Part shown: positions 31,754 to 32,000 of the stretch, piece by piece
Layout: each line of letters starts with the position of its first letter
Position numbering within the stretch: position 1 is the first letter of the stretch
DNA from: Candidatus Altimarinota bacterium
GTDB taxonomy: Bacteria; Patescibacteriota; Gracilibacteria; UBA1369
Length of the DNA: 32,000 bases
Direction of reading: 5' to 3'
NCBI GenBank assembly: GCA_041659405.1
Contig: JBAZYK010000012.1
Location: 1 to 32,000 of the forward strand
Notes under the pieces: generated by a model
Told to the model about the DNA's origin: nothing
Database searches by the model: none
The model's input: the letters and a program-made list of their open reading frames with translations, nothing else
Translations under genes and position numbers: made by a program

Positions 31754-32000
31754 ATGGAGGAAACAGCAGATTTAGGTAATTCCGAATTTAGAACTAAAGT
31801 TCTTCCCCAAATTTGTGGATATTTAGATATAAATATCGATGATATAGCCCAGATAAGTCCCAGAGATCTAGTTGATAAAATTCGCGATAATCTACGAAAT
31901 AAAAGAGTAAATGGGAAAGCCATTCCCAAAAAAGAGAGACTATTAGATTGGATTTTAGGACATGACATTCCAAATCCATTTAGTTTAAGACAATTTGTGG
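31754..32000 (+). CDS. hypothetical protein, 3'-truncated by the window edge
   Basis: Not in the ORF track because it has no in-window stop. Hand translation from ATG 31754 gives MEETADLGNSEFRTKVLPQICGYLDINIDDIAQISPRDLVDKIRDNLRNKRVNGKAIPKKERLLDWILGHDIPNPFSLRQFV, with no stop to base 32000. Its soluble-like composition and upstream promoters make it preferable to the antisense ORF 31621-31968. Confidence 0.45.
   Translation, partial: MEETADLGNSEFRTKVLPQICGYLDINIDDIAQISPRDLVDKIRDNLRNKRVNGKAIPKKERLLDWILGHDIPNPFSLRQFV

Noticed and set aside
31621-31968. 115-aa minus-strand ORF at the right end, plus 31794-31979
   Set aside because: It has hydrophobic, S/L/I-rich low-information composition. It is antisense to a better-looking plus-strand ORF (31754 onwards) that has two upstream promoter candidates.
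1-32000. Possibility of an alternative genetic code (UGA recoding, as in some candidate phyla)
   Set aside because: Long conserved genes (leuS, pnp, pdxS, the cyclase) are uninterrupted under the standard code. TGA serves as a genuine stop: the mntA stop in the ATGA overlap, and the CHAP-like gene.

Overview
Gene-dense, low-GC bacterial chromosome segment read in the standard genetic code; long housekeeping ORFs are intact and TGA is used as a stop. The core is housekeeping: leuS, rpsO-pnp, pdxS-pdxT and lgt. Around it sit many surface or envelope proteins: a PilX/GspK-like minor pilin, two large secreted proteins with unusual C-terminal anchors, an SLH-domain protein, and several lipoproteins and membrane proteins. 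There are also cNMP signalling parts (a CHASE2-cyclase and a standalone cNMP-binding protein), an MntA/HepT toxin-antitoxin pair, a GIY-YIG nuclease and a PlsC-like acyltransferase. The right end holds an accessory-looking block of uncharacterised genes: a PLP enzyme with a repeat-bearing N-terminal extension, a soluble GT-A glycosyltransferase-like cassette and an ORF6N DNA-binding protein. Native genes have sigma70-type -35/-10 promoters but almost no Shine-Dalgarno sequences. The overall style (small hypothetical surface proteins, pilus genes, SLH) suggests an uncultivated small-genome lineage such as CPR/Patescibacteria, but that is inference only. No rRNA, tRNA, CRISPR array, transposase or integrase was found. 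The main anomalies are: (1) an ~0.8 kb GC-rich single-gene island (about 60% vs 30% GC in the flanks) encoding a CHAP/NlpC-P60-like lipoprotein with its own SD and GC-rich hairpin, probably horizontally acquired; (2) two surface proteins sharing a C-terminal 'HGQ - TM helix - ARR' tail, one of them MYXO-CTERM-like with a 72%-GC Gly/Ala/Asp block; (3) an uncharacterised glycosyltransferase-like cassette whose two promoters share a conserved ~35-bp box, next to a divergent ORF6N gene; (4) a ~52-bp dispersed intergenic repeat; and (5) G/A/K/Q/S-rich insertions in conserved enzymes.
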